DNA from: Corallochytrium limacisporum Hawaii
Lineage: Eukaryota > Protista > Pluriformea
Direction of reading: 5' to 3'
Length of the DNA: 64,000 bases
NCBI GenBank assembly: GCA_002811645.1
Contig: PDIP01000043.1
Span: 1 to 64,000 of the forward strand
Both the position numbers and the translations under genes were made by a program. The notes beneath the pieces were generated by a model. That model had not been told where the DNA came from and made no database searches. It was given only the letters and a program-made list of their open reading frames with translations. Below, piece by piece: positions 20,536-31,797 of the stretch (the stretch's first letter is position 1; every line of letters begins with the position of its first letter).

Positions 20536-21765
20536 TTACATGATACTGCATTCATCTTTACTCTTTGAAGGCGGCGCTATAGGGGAGGCGTCGGATGCAC
20601 CATTGGTCTTGCTGTGGTCGTTCTCTTTGGACAGGGGAGATGCAGGGTATCCATTCTCCTTGCCCGACATTCCGGATGCTGCGATACCAAGAGCGGGTGA
20701 TTGAGGCCGTCCTGGTTGCCTATTGGCAAGGTTCTTCATGTGAGTCAAGATCTTTGGGACATCTCCGTGCACGGGGCGAATATAGTCAAAGTAGACCTTC
20801 TGAGCCGCCTGGAAGGACATAAAGTCCGCCATGAGATAATCAAAAAGCATTAGAAGCTCAATGATCCGAATGGCCCTGGGCTTCTGGGCGTGAGCAATGT
20901 CCAAAGGTCGTTTGCCCTCGCTACTCATCTGATTCGGATTGGCTCCACGCTGCAGCAAAAACTCCACAATGCAAAACTTGCCACCTCGGCGGCATGCGAC
21001 ATGCAACACTGTCTCACCTGTAGAATTGAAGGCCCCCACATCCGCTCCGGAGTCAATGGCCCGCACTACCTCGTTCTCCAAACCTCGGGATACGGCCGCA
21101 AACAGACGGCGGTTGTTGGAGTTTGTGGTGTCGATCAAGCGCTGAAACTCATCACGCACTGCAGGGCTGGCCTGCCTCAATTTTGTTTTGATAATATCAA
21201 TGGAAGAGTAGCCTAGATTGTTCTTAATCTCAAGGTCCGCACCGGATTCAAGAAGCATCTGTACCAGCGGAAGGTTTCCCGCGTCGCAGGAGTAGTGCAT
21301 GGCAGTATTGCCCTTAACTGTCTGCTGATTCACGTTGTCATACTTCACAAGCAAGACTCGCGCAATTGGCACGTAGTTCTTTTGGACTGCCACATGCAGA
21401 GGTGTGAAGCCACGGTTGTCAACAACATCTGAGTTCTCTACATAATCTAACAGGACCTTAACAATTTCCAATTTGTTACGATGCACCGCCCGGTGCAGTG
21501 CAGTATGGCCGTTCTTTATGTCCGGGACCTCGCCGATTGATGGTTCACTACTGATCAGCTCTTTTACCCTGTCAACAGAGTTCCTATCTATGGCAGCCCA
21601 CAACAGCTTGTGTGGAGGAGCGGAAGAAGCGCGAGATATGCCGGAGATGCCGGAAAAGATTGACTGTGCCCTATCAGCGCCTGTGGTCTCAGAGTTCTCC
21701 AACCGAGCCAGGTTCTCAGCCGTCAGAGCACCTGGGTCGTTGCGGTCTGAAGTCTTGCGCACCAT
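20536..21765 (-). CDS. Ankyrin-repeat protein with C-terminal CaaX (CSIM)
   Basis: Repeats GHTALHRAV, GFTPLHVAV, GNTAMHYSC, GETVLHVAC; ends ECSIM. Confidence 0.9.
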   Translation of the reverse strand: MVRKTSDRNDPGALTAENLARLENSETTGADRAQSIFSGISGISRASSAPPHKLLWAAIDRNSVDRVKELISSEPSIGEVPDIKNGHTALHRAVHRNKLEIVKVLLDYVENSDVVDNRGFTPLHVAVQKNYVPIARVLLVKYDNVNQQTVKGNTAMHYSCDAGNLPLVQMLLESGADLEIKNNLGYSSIDIIKTKLRQASPAVRDEFQRLIDTTNSNNRRLFAAVSRGLENEVVRAIDSGADVGAFNSTGETVLHVACRRGGKFCIVEFLLQRGANPNQMSSEGKRPLDIAHAQKPRAIRIIELLMLFDYLMADFMSFQAAQKVYFDYIRPVHGDVPKILTHMKNLANRQPGRPQSPALGIAASGMSGKENGYPASPLSKENDHSKTNGASDASPIAPPSKSKDECSIM

Positions 21766-23011
21766 CTTTCCTGTTGAGAAACTGAGCCTCTGCAGTCCGG
21801 AGCCCAGAAGTGGAATGGATTTGCAGTGGTGGCCGGTTTAAAGTTCGTGACTTACGACTTGATGCCCCAAATGAGCTGGCTCTTACACTGTGGTCACGTC
21901 TCTACATACCTGACAACAGCGTAAAACCAAAGCATCCCTTGCAGCCCGTGCCCACGTCCAGAAACCTTAGTCCCAAGTTCCAATCTACCCACAGAACTGC
22001 GCAGTAATATCGATACTGTATTACTAAGACCCTTCGGTTTCAAACGCTGTATCTGAAGACCCGTCGGACAAACTGGGCTTGGATACGGTGACGAGATCCG
22101 CGACGAGAAGTGCCAATAGCTGTGTGGGAGCTTCAGGGTGGGAGTGAATCTGAGGGCCCAGCCAGGGCAAATGCAGTCTGCAGTAGAGAAAAGATACTGT
22201 CTCTCGTCGTGGTTGTGCTTTCTTTGGTGTGCCAGCGTTTCAATTTGTCACCCTCGGGCACTCCGTTCACATACGTCACTTGGCGAGTAACACAGCGAGG
22301 GAAACTTGATACAGAGAACACCGGCGGGAGGGGTTCAACAGACCGTTGCCCCAAAGGAGAGGAGTCAAGACCGCGAATGCAGCTGAGGGTGGGTCTAGTG
22401 AGAAATAGCGATCGCAAGACGCGCCCTATATATTCGTTATATAATCAAAATCCTGGGGAGGCACACAATTTCCCATATGCAGCAACAGCGAGTGAGTAAG
22501 AAGAAAAGGCAAAACAAAATTACAGAACTGCAATGATTGGCTATAGCAAACGTACCAGGATCGCAAGTCTTTTTTGGTTTCCGTTAATCCGGGATCCACG
22601 AGTGAGAGAGTGTGTGTCCGAAACATATTTTGCAAATAGTAATATTGATCAGTTTGTGAACGTTGGTGTGGGGTTAAAATTAGGCCCCCGATCCGACTCC
22701 GTGACCGACCCTCTGCGTTTGGACGGCTGTGTGGTGGTGGATGGGGAGTATCGTGGCCGTCCCCCACCACCACCCCCCCCCCCTATTTTTCTTACCCCCG
22801 CGAAGCTCCGTTGCGAGGCAGTGGGGAAGGGGAATGGCGGTGTTTGGGGGCCCAAACACTGGCGCGACGGTGGAAACACCGTGGAAGGCTTCCATACAAA
22901 AACTACCCAATCTGTGTGCGTCCCGCGCTGACCCGCCACTTCCACCCCTTCCCTCCCTTCCCTGTGCCTTCGCTTGAGGTCCCGAGGTTCATTTCCGCGG
23001 CGTAATTGCAA

Positions 23012-23032
23012 CCCCCCCCCGGGGGGGGGGGG
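23012..23032. repeat. C9G12 homopolymer palindrome between divergent ankyrin genes
   Basis: Direct reading. Confidence 0.9.
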
Positions 23033-23712
23033 CTTTCGGGGCCCTTCGCGACAATTTTCTGGGAAATACTTCCCATACAAACAGCATAGCCACGCACAGA
23101 AATCTCGGGGGGCGGGGACACGGGGCGGGCGCGAAGTGTTCGAAAGCCAGATTGAGGGAGGTAGTATCATTAGTCCAAAGGGGGGGGGTCTCTATTCCCC
23201 CGGCCAGCAAGCCAGAGAGCATCGCAACCTCAGCCTGCTCATCGATGGATCGCACACAAATACACGCATATTCTCTCTCTCTTTCTTTCACACTGAACAT
23301 GGGATGCCATGTCTATTGGGAGCTGGTATCTCCCCACAGCAATTTTGACTTCCACCCCACCCAACCAATGAGAGGGAAAGCCAAGAGGATCCACTTCCCT
23401 TCGGTGTGTATGAGATGTGTATGAGATGGTTCTCCGACGCAACCAAAGCCCGTTAATGAGTCGTTGCAAGGTTGCATCTGCCGTGTATCGCACGAAAGCA
23501 AACTAATTGTGCCCACTCATCTGTTGCCTGGACTGTGACGAGTGGTCGGAAGTCCGTTTGTTTGTGTGGGTTGAGACAATGACCGTTATATTTGCTTGTG
23601 TGGACAGTTATTTCGGGCTCCTGCTTTGAAAATCTTCCAAGTGCCAACCTCCCAATGTATACAGCGACTCCACAATACTTTGAACACACACAATCAAAGA
23701 GGAAGTCAAACC

Positions 23713-26034
23713 ATGGCCATCCCTAGCCGCATCCCAACACCCATGAAGGGTCGTCTCTCAATTGGACATGCCTCTTCATTCTTTGCCTCCAAGGGGGGCC
23801 ATGACAGTTATGTTGAACAGCAGCTCAGCTACCGCAATGACAAATTTGTCAGCCATCTCCGTGATGACCAGGAAAACGTGCCTGTCAAGAAGGTAAACAA
23901 GAATAAGAGGGGTCGCCGTCCCGTCAAGAAGGCCAATTATCAGAAGGAAAACAGTAACAGTCGCGGCAGCAGTACTACGGTCTCTCGGAGCAGTTCCAAC
24001 AACGACCAAAACGAAAACTCTGCCCACTTTGTGAGCCGGAACTCCAGTAACAACAGCACTGCCCCCCAGAAGAAGAAGCCCAGGAAGGCTGGCAATGGCA
24101 AAAGTGAGAGGAGGAGACAGCAGAAGGATTCGCAGACTCGTGCTTTAAAATCCATTCTAAACAGTCAGCAGGCTGCCCTGGGAAATACCAACGATGACAT
24201 TCCGGACGTGCAGCTGACGGCTGTCAGCACAGAACAAGAAGATGAGGATCTTCTGGCAGACTTCAATGAGCCTTGCACTGTAGTGCACAGCCCCGGTGAA
24301 GTCAAATTGTGCACCCCCGGTGATACTGCACTGCACGTGGCCGTTCTGACCAGCGACACGGGTTCCGTTAAGCGCCTGGTGCGCGTCGGATCCCTGAATC
24401 GCAGCGACATAAACGCTCCAAACGCAGAGGGCGAAACTCCTTTGCATCTGGCAGCGAAACAGGGTAACGCAGAGCTTGTTGAGCATCTGGTGGCGGAGTG
24501 CCGGGCTGACGTGGCCGCCAAGAATCGCAGTAAGCACCGGGAGACACCGTTGGCCGTTGCGGTGCGGGAAGGCAAAGCCGAGGCCGTCTCTCGTCTGCTG
24601 CACATGGGGGCAAGCGTTGCGGAATGGCGCTCAAGGTCGAATGGTGACAATTTGCTGCACTTAGCTGTGGGCGAAGGCAAGAGCCGTGCCACCCTGCACG
24701 CGATGATGTTGCTTGCCCCTGAGGTGTGCGGGCTTGTAAATCAGAGCAACAGAAGTGGTAAGACACCTTTTGACTGTCTAATCCAGGACCTGTGTCGCGA
24801 TGATCTGACAGAACAGGAGCGCGATAACTTGTTAATGTTGGTGAATGAGCTGCTGGCTGGTGGTTGCCGAATTGAGCAAGACGACTCCGAGATCTTCAAT
24901 CACATCGCAGAGGGCGGCAATATTGCCCTGGCTGAATTGTTGGCATCCTATGGCCTGGCAACTGAGAAACTGAGCAAGCTGAGCGTCACGTGCATGGACA
25001 TTTGGCAATGTCAGCAGGATCTCAACAAGGCTATCACTGCTGGAGATGACCGCGCGGTTCAGACATTGCTGGAGTCCACATACGGCCATTTGACTCGTCG
25101 CACTCGCTCAGCCATTGTTAACGCATATTCTCGCATCTTTGCCAGTGACGGAGAGGCCGGAACTCGCAGCCGCCCCTTGCAGGCCGCAGTGAGAGCTCAC
25201 GCAACAAAGGACGTCCTGGAGACTCTGTTCCTTTGGGGTTGTGACCCTCGTCTGTGCATCTTCCCGGTTGACGAAAATGATGTCCTGGACCAAATGCTGC
25301 AGATTGTGGAGCGGGAGAGCTGGAAGTGCTCCCCTTGGGCTGCATGGAGGGACGTGTTGGCGGACCAAAGCGGTGGTGATTTTGCCTACTGTCCAATGAT
25401 CTGGTCCCGTCCTCCCTTGCGTGATGAAGAGGATCCAGAAGCCTACGACACGCTCTGCCAGTACTTGGAATCCTGCAATGTCATCAGCCTCTTTGTTAAG
25501 GCTATTGATGAAGCTGACGGTGACCTGGTCATTGCCCGCGATGTGTACTTCAACATGATATCCCCTGTCCAGCGTCACCACATAGAGTCACGGGTGGCTC
25601 TCGATGTGCAGTTGGCCGACGCTCGGCTGGGCATGGAAGCATACGATCAGCAACTCGAGGAACAGCAGACCATCATTGATGAGCAGGAGAAGAAAATGGC
25701 CAGCCTTCAGTCGGAAATATTTGATTTGACTGAGAAGGTGGAGCAATTGATTGTCAGTGCCAAACTTGACCAACCTGACCTCCACGAGTCTGAAATGGAG
25801 ACAGAGATCATCAAAACTGGGATCGAGACCAACCTTCGGACCATCGTTGAGGACAAACCTGAGGCTGATCCAGCTCTGATTAACGAGAAAGAGAACGACG
25901 CGAAGCCCATACAAGGCGAGGAGCAGGTCATTGGTGGCCAGCAACGCACCGCCACGGAGAAGATGCGCATGTCCCGCGAGATCCCGGACCATGGCAAGAA
26001 GCCCAAGCAGAAGGCCTGCTGCATTGTGATGTGA
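23713..26034 (+). CDS. Ankyrin-repeat and coiled-coil protein with polybasic plus CCIVM (CaaX) tail
   Basis: GDTALHVAV, GETPLHLAA, ETPLAVAV, GDNLLHLAV; C-terminal coiled coil; ends KKPKQKACCIVM. ATG at 23713 has good context (accATGg). Confidence 0.88.
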   Translation: MAIPSRIPTPMKGRLSIGHASSFFASKGGHDSYVEQQLSYRNDKFVSHLRDDQENVPVKKVNKNKRGRRPVKKANYQKENSNSRGSSTTVSRSSSNNDQNENSAHFVSRNSSNNSTAPQKKKPRKAGNGKSERRRQQKDSQTRALKSILNSQQAALGNTNDDIPDVQLTAVSTEQEDEDLLADFNEPCTVVHSPGEVKLCTPGDTALHVAVLTSDTGSVKRLVRVGSLNRSDINAPNAEGETPLHLAAKQGNAELVEHLVAECRADVAAKNRSKHRETPLAVAVREGKAEAVSRLLHMGASVAEWRSRSNGDNLLHLAVGEGKSRATLHAMMLLAPEVCGLVNQSNRSGKTPFDCLIQDLCRDDLTEQERDNLLMLVNELLAGGCRIEQDDSEIFNHIAEGGNIALAELLASYGLATEKLSKLSVTCMDIWQCQQDLNKAITAGDDRAVQTLLESTYGHLTRRTRSAIVNAYSRIFASDGEAGTRSRPLQAAVRAHATKDVLETLFLWGCDPRLCIFPVDENDVLDQMLQIVERESWKCSPWAAWRDVLADQSGGDFAYCPMIWSRPPLRDEEDPEAYDTLCQYLESCNVISLFVKAIDEADGDLVIARDVYFNMISPVQRHHIESRVALDVQLADARLGMEAYDQQLEEQQTIIDEQEKKMASLQSEIFDLTEKVEQLIVSAKLDQPDLHESEMETEIIKTGIETNLRTIVEDKPEADPALINEKENDAKPIQGEEQVIGGQQRTATEKMRMSREIPDHGKKPKQKACCIVM

Positions 26035-26291
26035 ATTCCGGGGAACGGTTCACCGAAATCAAAATAAACCAGCAGTATTCCTTCCATAACACTTTTTGAC
26101 ATGAGCGGTAAAAAACAAAAATGCATGAGAATGTATTGTATTCTCGCTTTCTAATAACTGTATGAAATGATCCCTGTGTTATGACAATGCGTTTCGACTG
26201 AAACGGGCTAGCGATCACCAGGACCACATACTTAGGATTCCCTTTCAGTCTCCTCCGCTGCCAAAAACGTAAATCCTTTAGAGAAACCTAC

Positions 26292-27311
26292 TTACATCAG
26301 TTCCTCGTAGGGAGATCCGAGGCGGCGGCGGGTAGGCTGGTCGTTCTCCTTCGGGGGATTCTCAAGGATGACCACAGCCATGGGCTGGCGACGGATGGAG
26401 ATGCCCATGGGCGTGATAATAGGGTCCATGCGAGCCAGGACGGACACAATCGATCCACGGCGTATGTGTGACTGTTCCTGAGGCAGCCGGGTGTGGAAGC
26501 GGTCGTATACGGCCACACTACGACGAACCAAGCCACGGTCGTACATTTCTTGGTCAATTTCAGTAATGATATTGGCAGGATTGGGCTTGGAGTTGGCATT
26601 GAAGGAAATGTAGAGCTTCTTCCGGAAGATGATGTAGTCAGAGCCGGGGACTTCGTGGCCCTCTGGGTCGGTGTTGGTCTTGACAAGGGAGGTCAACATG
26701 TCCTCCAGAGAGCCCACGGTGGCCTCCATGTCACCGCGGTTCTTGGCCAGGGCCTTCTTGTCCCGCAGAGAGGGATACTCATTCAGGTTCTCTGCGATAT
26801 GGTCCAGTAGCTTGGCCTCAAACTCTTTGAGAAACTCAACATACTGATCAAAGTGGGCCTGCAGGTCGGCGCTCATGCGGTCGTTCTTGGAAATTGCAAC
26901 CATTAAACCAGCCAGAGCGGGGTCAGTGTTGCGCACAATGGCGTTCTTAGGATCCGCGTTCTTCTTGGCCAGGACAAGGTCACCCTGCGGCCCGAGGAAA
27001 GAGAAAAGAGCGTTCGCCCAGGGGCTCAGAACGCGCAGACCAGGCAAGTCGGTGTTGGGCATGTAAACGACGGGCTGCACCTGGCCGGAGACGTTCTCTT
27101 TCGGCTCAATGGTCAAGGCATCGAGATCAATGTTCTTGAAGGACTCAGCATGACGGTCATAGGCCTGCAAAGCAATGTCGTGCAGGGCCTGAGAACCTTC
27201 AGCGGCAGCGTCCATGTCCCCAACAGACGGCATGCCAGCCATTGTGCGCAGAGCAACGGGCCTGATGGCATTGGAGAGATTCCTCCGGGCAAGGTTACGT
27301 AGGGTAAGCAT
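26292..27311 (-). CDS. Mitochondrion-targeted protein resembling phage T7 gp2.5 / nucleocytovirus-type single-stranded DNA-binding protein
   Basis: 339 aa with strong GC3 codon bias and presequence MLTLRNLARRNLSNAIRPVALRTM. The C-terminal half FRKKLYISF...VAVYD...HIRRGSIVSV...GISIRRQPMAVVILE follows the gp2.5 OB-fold pattern. The ORF is secure; the function is inferred. Confidence 0.65.
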   Translation of the reverse strand: MLTLRNLARRNLSNAIRPVALRTMAGMPSVGDMDAAAEGSQALHDIALQAYDRHAESFKNIDLDALTIEPKENVSGQVQPVVYMPNTDLPGLRVLSPWANALFSFLGPQGDLVLAKKNADPKNAIVRNTDPALAGLMVAISKNDRMSADLQAHFDQYVEFLKEFEAKLLDHIAENLNEYPSLRDKKALAKNRGDMEATVGSLEDMLTSLVKTNTDPEGHEVPGSDYIIFRKKLYISFNANSKPNPANIITEIDQEMYDRGLVRRSVAVYDRFHTRLPQEQSHIRRGSIVSVLARMDPIITPMGISIRRQPMAVVILENPPKENDQPTRRRLGSPYEELM

Positions 27312-28315
27312 GTTTTGTTATATGTATCTAACCGGACTGATCATATTTTGATTCGAACAATTGTGTTCAGCGTTGAACCAAAAGGGTGACCTGAAATAGT
27401 CGTTCCATAAATTACAGGTGAAGCCATGACAATAGAGACCCAAATTATGTGCAGAGGAGCCTTGGCAAAGAGTATCCATGTACTCAGGACGTACGAACGC
27501 TCACCACTACCGACTGTCAACCTCAAAACCAGAGGCCAGCTGTTCACCAAATGCTTCCCAGACTCCATTCACTCGCACCGGTCCCATTGCAACCCGTCGG
27601 CTACCAGTCCATAACGAAACAGTGGCCCTTCCCACCGCCCCGGCAGCGTTTGTGTTTTGGCGCGAGCGCACAAAACAGAGGGAGTCGCAAGCAGCACCTG
27701 GTCCCACCCCGCTGCTGCTGTGGACTGTGTGTGTATGGATCAAACGGGGGAACACAAGGAGAGCTCAGTCTCTCAATTTCTTTTCTTGGGTCGGGGTAAG
27801 AACTTTTGGCGCCCATACTCCCCTGTCAATTTTTTTCTTTAAAACTGCGAAATCAACACACCAGCTAGCCCCGGGAAAAGGGTGGAAGGGTGTTGGGTTG
27901 AAAATAGACTCCGGTTCCATAAGTAATTGATTAGCGCCGCTCCCAAATTGTTTTGAGAACCCCCACTGGCCCCCCTCCTTTCCCCGGCGGGTGGGTTTCT
28001 CTCAGAAACCGGGGAAGCCTGAGGGTGGAGGGCCAGCCGTGCAGAAAATTAGCCCTCCTTTCGGGCCGGGAGATGAAGTCACTGCAAATAAGAGGCAATC
28101 CTTTCACTGCCACCCGGGTTCTCCTCGCAAGTGACAAGTCGGAATATGGATTATGTATTTACTTGTGTTGGAAACAAGATAGTGTAGTTGAATAATGAAA
28201 CAAAGACTTAACTTGATTTGTGTGTTTGACGGGAACAATGGGAATGGAAATGGATGGGTTCAAACGATGCATGATTGTGTACATCAACCGGCGATGACAA
28301 GTTGATGCATCATTT

Positions 28316-29269
28316 TTAGGATGTGTCCTCCACGACGATTGTGCCTTTTTCTATGTAGAGCCATGTCGGTTGGGTTTGGGTCTTATTGTTGCCATATTTC
28401 GAGTGAGCAATCTTGCCCGCACGGTACATAGCAATTGGAACGCATGCGATGGCTACGAAGGGCAGCACAATCACGCCACCAACGACCCTGCCACCAACCT
28501 TAGCTGCAACCTTGCCTCGGGCGACGGCACGTTGAGTCTTACCAACCTTTCCGGTCTTATATTGCAGCCCAGGACATCCCATGATGTTTCCGGGGTCAAA
28601 GTGGCCCTCCGGCGGAATAATCTCCCTGCAGATCCAGCAGAATTCCGTAGCACAGAGCATGCAGACCATGTGGTTGCATGACCCATCTTCCAGCTTGTGA
28701 ATTACGACATTACAATTAGGGCATGTGCGCGTACGATTCTTGTGCCGCCAACGGCGAAATACACGGTACTCCTTGTCAGAAGCCATCTCTTTCGCTGCCT
28801 TCTTCTGGTATTGCGTGCACGACAGTCCGTCATGGTCAGCCTGGCAACTGAAGCAGAACTCTAGCTCGCAGATCTTGCACACTACCTCGTCTTCATCTTT
28901 ACTGTTGCGCACGACTGCTGCATTGCATCCGGGACGAGGGCACCAGGCCATATCCGCGTTACGAGCAACCTCTTGTATCCTAACCTGCTTGCAGAAGATC
29001 TTGTACGCATGCGTGGTTGTGAGCGACTCAATCTCTTGCAGCTCCAATTTCCTATCACAGCCCGGACACGATATGCTGCCCGTCGTACCATTCATGATCT
29101 TAGTTTCAATGTGTGTTTTCACACACGTCAGACATGAGAAACAATTACAGTACCTGTTGACCCATAGTTCCTCATCAGCGATCGTCTGCATGCAGCAGAG
29201 GCATTCTCTCTCGAGAAATCTAGGTGCCGACCCAAAGAGGTTCAGTGTATAGAATGTTTCAGCCGTCAT
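28316..29269 (-). CDS. RBR (RING-IBR-RING) E3 ubiquitin ligase, RNF19/RNF144-like, with C-terminal hydrophobic segment
   Basis: RING1, IBR (WCPRPGC...CFSCQADH), RING2 CPNC...DGSCNHMVC..C..EFCWIC, then VGGVIVLPFVAIACVPIAM. Confidence 0.9.
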   Translation of the reverse strand: MTAETFYTLNLFGSAPRFLERECLCCMQTIADEELWVNRYCNCFSCLTCVKTHIETKIMNGTTGSISCPGCDRKLELQEIESLTTTHAYKIFCKQVRIQEVARNADMAWCPRPGCNAAVVRNSKDEDEVVCKICELEFCFSCQADHDGLSCTQYQKKAAKEMASDKEYRVFRRWRHKNRTRTCPNCNVVIHKLEDGSCNHMVCMLCATEFCWICREIIPPEGHFDPGNIMGCPGLQYKTGKVGKTQRAVARGKVAAKVGGRVVGGVIVLPFVAIACVPIAMYRAGKIAHSKYGNNKTQTQPTWLYIEKGTIVVEDTS

Positions 29270-31753
29270 GGCTGGTCACTATTCGTAACTGACCTGTGAG
29301 GCTCTTCTCTCTTCTCTCCGCTAGTACACCAAAACGCTCTGGACCCGAATGTCTTTGCCCAATGGTCCGCCTATTCGCGTATGGCTCAATGTATTCGTCA
29401 AAGGGGGAGAAGAGTAATAGAATCATCTGATCCTACGTCGTCATCATCAGCCTACCATCCGTCAAGGACCTTTACCATAGACCAAAGCACATGCCACTAG
29501 GTCCGTATGCATGCGCAAGCAGCACCCCGTGGTGACCACAGTCGAGCGATCCAAAATGCATCCACCGCAGTTTTGCTTGAGAGATGGCCTCCACACTCTG
29601 CGATCTGTGGCACCTGCCAGATTTGTGAGCAGGTCTGCCTGTTGGGCCGCGGTCAGACATCTCTCGGAGCTGGGGCAGGTGCCTTCCCCTGCCTCCTTCC
29701 GTTCGCGTCGGGTGTAGTTTAGTCACCCTCGCTCTATACGCGTTCGCAGAAACCGTCGAGCGATCTGGAATTCTAGGCTGTCGTTTGTCTCTTTCTCCTG
29801 GTCCCGAGGGAAGCCACCTCTCACCCCTTTCTCGAGGAGGAGCGAGGAGGAAGAAGGGGAAGGGGGAGAGGGGGGGGGGAGAAACACCTCATCGTCGGCA
29901 GCTCGAGTCAAACCCCCTGTTTTTTTTTCCTATTAAAAGTATAAGAACATTGAAAATACAACGAGTCAGCAAGATTTTTTCGTTGGCGGCGGTTCAAAAC
30001 TGCGGGGCAGCCAGGTTGCGGAAGTTTGCAGTAGTTTATAGATGGTGACGACCGTTCGCAACCCGCCAGCGCCTAGGGCCTAAATGTCACGTCGGGACTC
30101 AACCACAAATGGCTCTTGCTATTTTTACGGAACGGTGGGTTATGTAATAATCGCGACCGAGAGAGAGTGAGAGAGAGACGGATGTTTATTTTGGTTCCCC
30201 CCCCCTTTCCGTCCTCCTTTGCGGCGGGGCCTGAAGAGGTCCCAGTCCCAGTCTCAGGGGGGGCCGTTGGCAAAAAAATATTTCTGTGAGACCCGCATAC
30301 CAGAGCCAAATTAGGTGACATAGGTTCAGTAGCAAATCTCCCAAACACAGTTGAGCGATCGAAGTCCCCGTTTCCCCTCCCCCAGGGGGGGGCAGGACAG
30401 AGGAAAACACCCCCCTCCCCCGGGGGGGGGGGGTTGGCAGCCAGTAGATTAAGGCAGCGTATAAGGAGCGCGGCTTCCCCGCTTTCTCCCTCCTGCCCCT
30501 TGCTAACCACAGCGTAACCAGCTCCGGCATACCCCAGCTGATGTGATCGACTCACGGTCGGCCGTTTAGGTCAAGCAGCGGAACATTCAAACCAAAAAGA
30601 AAAAAAGGGGACAATCATACCTCCGCCACTGGCGCACACCGTGCCAAAAAATATAAACCTCCGGGTCCTGGTTTTCCGTCGACATGGACGCGGAAGAGAT
30701 GGAATCGGGCCCTCCGTGGTGCACATCCTCGGCACATTACGGGGCGACCGGGAGAAGTCGCCGGAAACTCGAGTACATTTAGTACTTTAGGACGGCCCGT
30801 TGAAATCTATCAGAGTATCGGAGGCTTCCGGATGGGGAGAGAGACCTGCTCCCAAATTCCCCACCTCTCCCCCTCCGGACCACCTTCTTTTCCCGGCTGC
30901 ACAGACCCGCCCATTGCGACATCAGCGATTAAAAACCTTCATTCAATAACTAGCGAGGCCACTTCGCCGCTGCCAGCGGTGTGCGCAGCCGAGGAGTCTA
31001 GAGTGACTAAGACTGCCAACGGGCGACGCCGAGCGACAGCCGACTTTTCATGAGATCGAAGTCCCGCCCGGGGACGCCTCATTTACGCACAATCACTCGG
31101 TCACTTCCAAGCAGCAGCGTCCACCGTAACACGGCAGCCAGAGCAATGCACGGCAACTGTGGGCCTGAGGGGAGGACGTGTGTGTGAGTGTGTGTGTATT
31201 CTTTTTTGCTTTCGTTGGTGCACGCTGTGCCGCCCAGTCCAGTTCAGTGCGTTGTGCTCCGTACCCTCCCCCTCCCCCCCTCTCTCTCCCTGGTTTTTCT
31301 CACTTCGCTTTTTCCTTCACTTCTCTGGCGCCGGGTTATATAAATAAACCAAAGGCTCGCGTGCCCGAGGGCCAGTGATCACCATCGGGCGAAATTCTGC
31401 CAAAATTAATGGCGAGATGACCACAACAGTGGAAAGCTTTGGTGTGTACACATACGCCCGCAGCAGCATTGAACGGCGACCGACACCCAGCCAGCCACGA
31501 CGGCGCCGGCAGGAAGTCCTTTCAAAACCAAGCGGCGCTTACCTACCATCCCCCCTCCCCCCCCCCTCCAAGCGAGACTATCAAAAATAACAAACGCAAA
31601 GCACACGCACACACAGAGGCACACCGAGCGGGAGTGAGCGAGCGAGTGCAGCAACTGTGGCTTTTTTTTTAGTCTATTCTTCCAGTCCTTCTTTCCCGAA
31701 CGTGGGCAAGCGAGACTTCGGCGGGGTAACGCAACACGCAGGCACTGCACAAC

Positions 31754-31758
<5 letters not shown>

Positions 31759-31795
<37 letters not shown>
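31759..31795. repeat. (CA)n microsatellite
   Basis: About 18 CA units. Confidence 0.95.
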
Positions 31796-31797
<2 letters not shown>

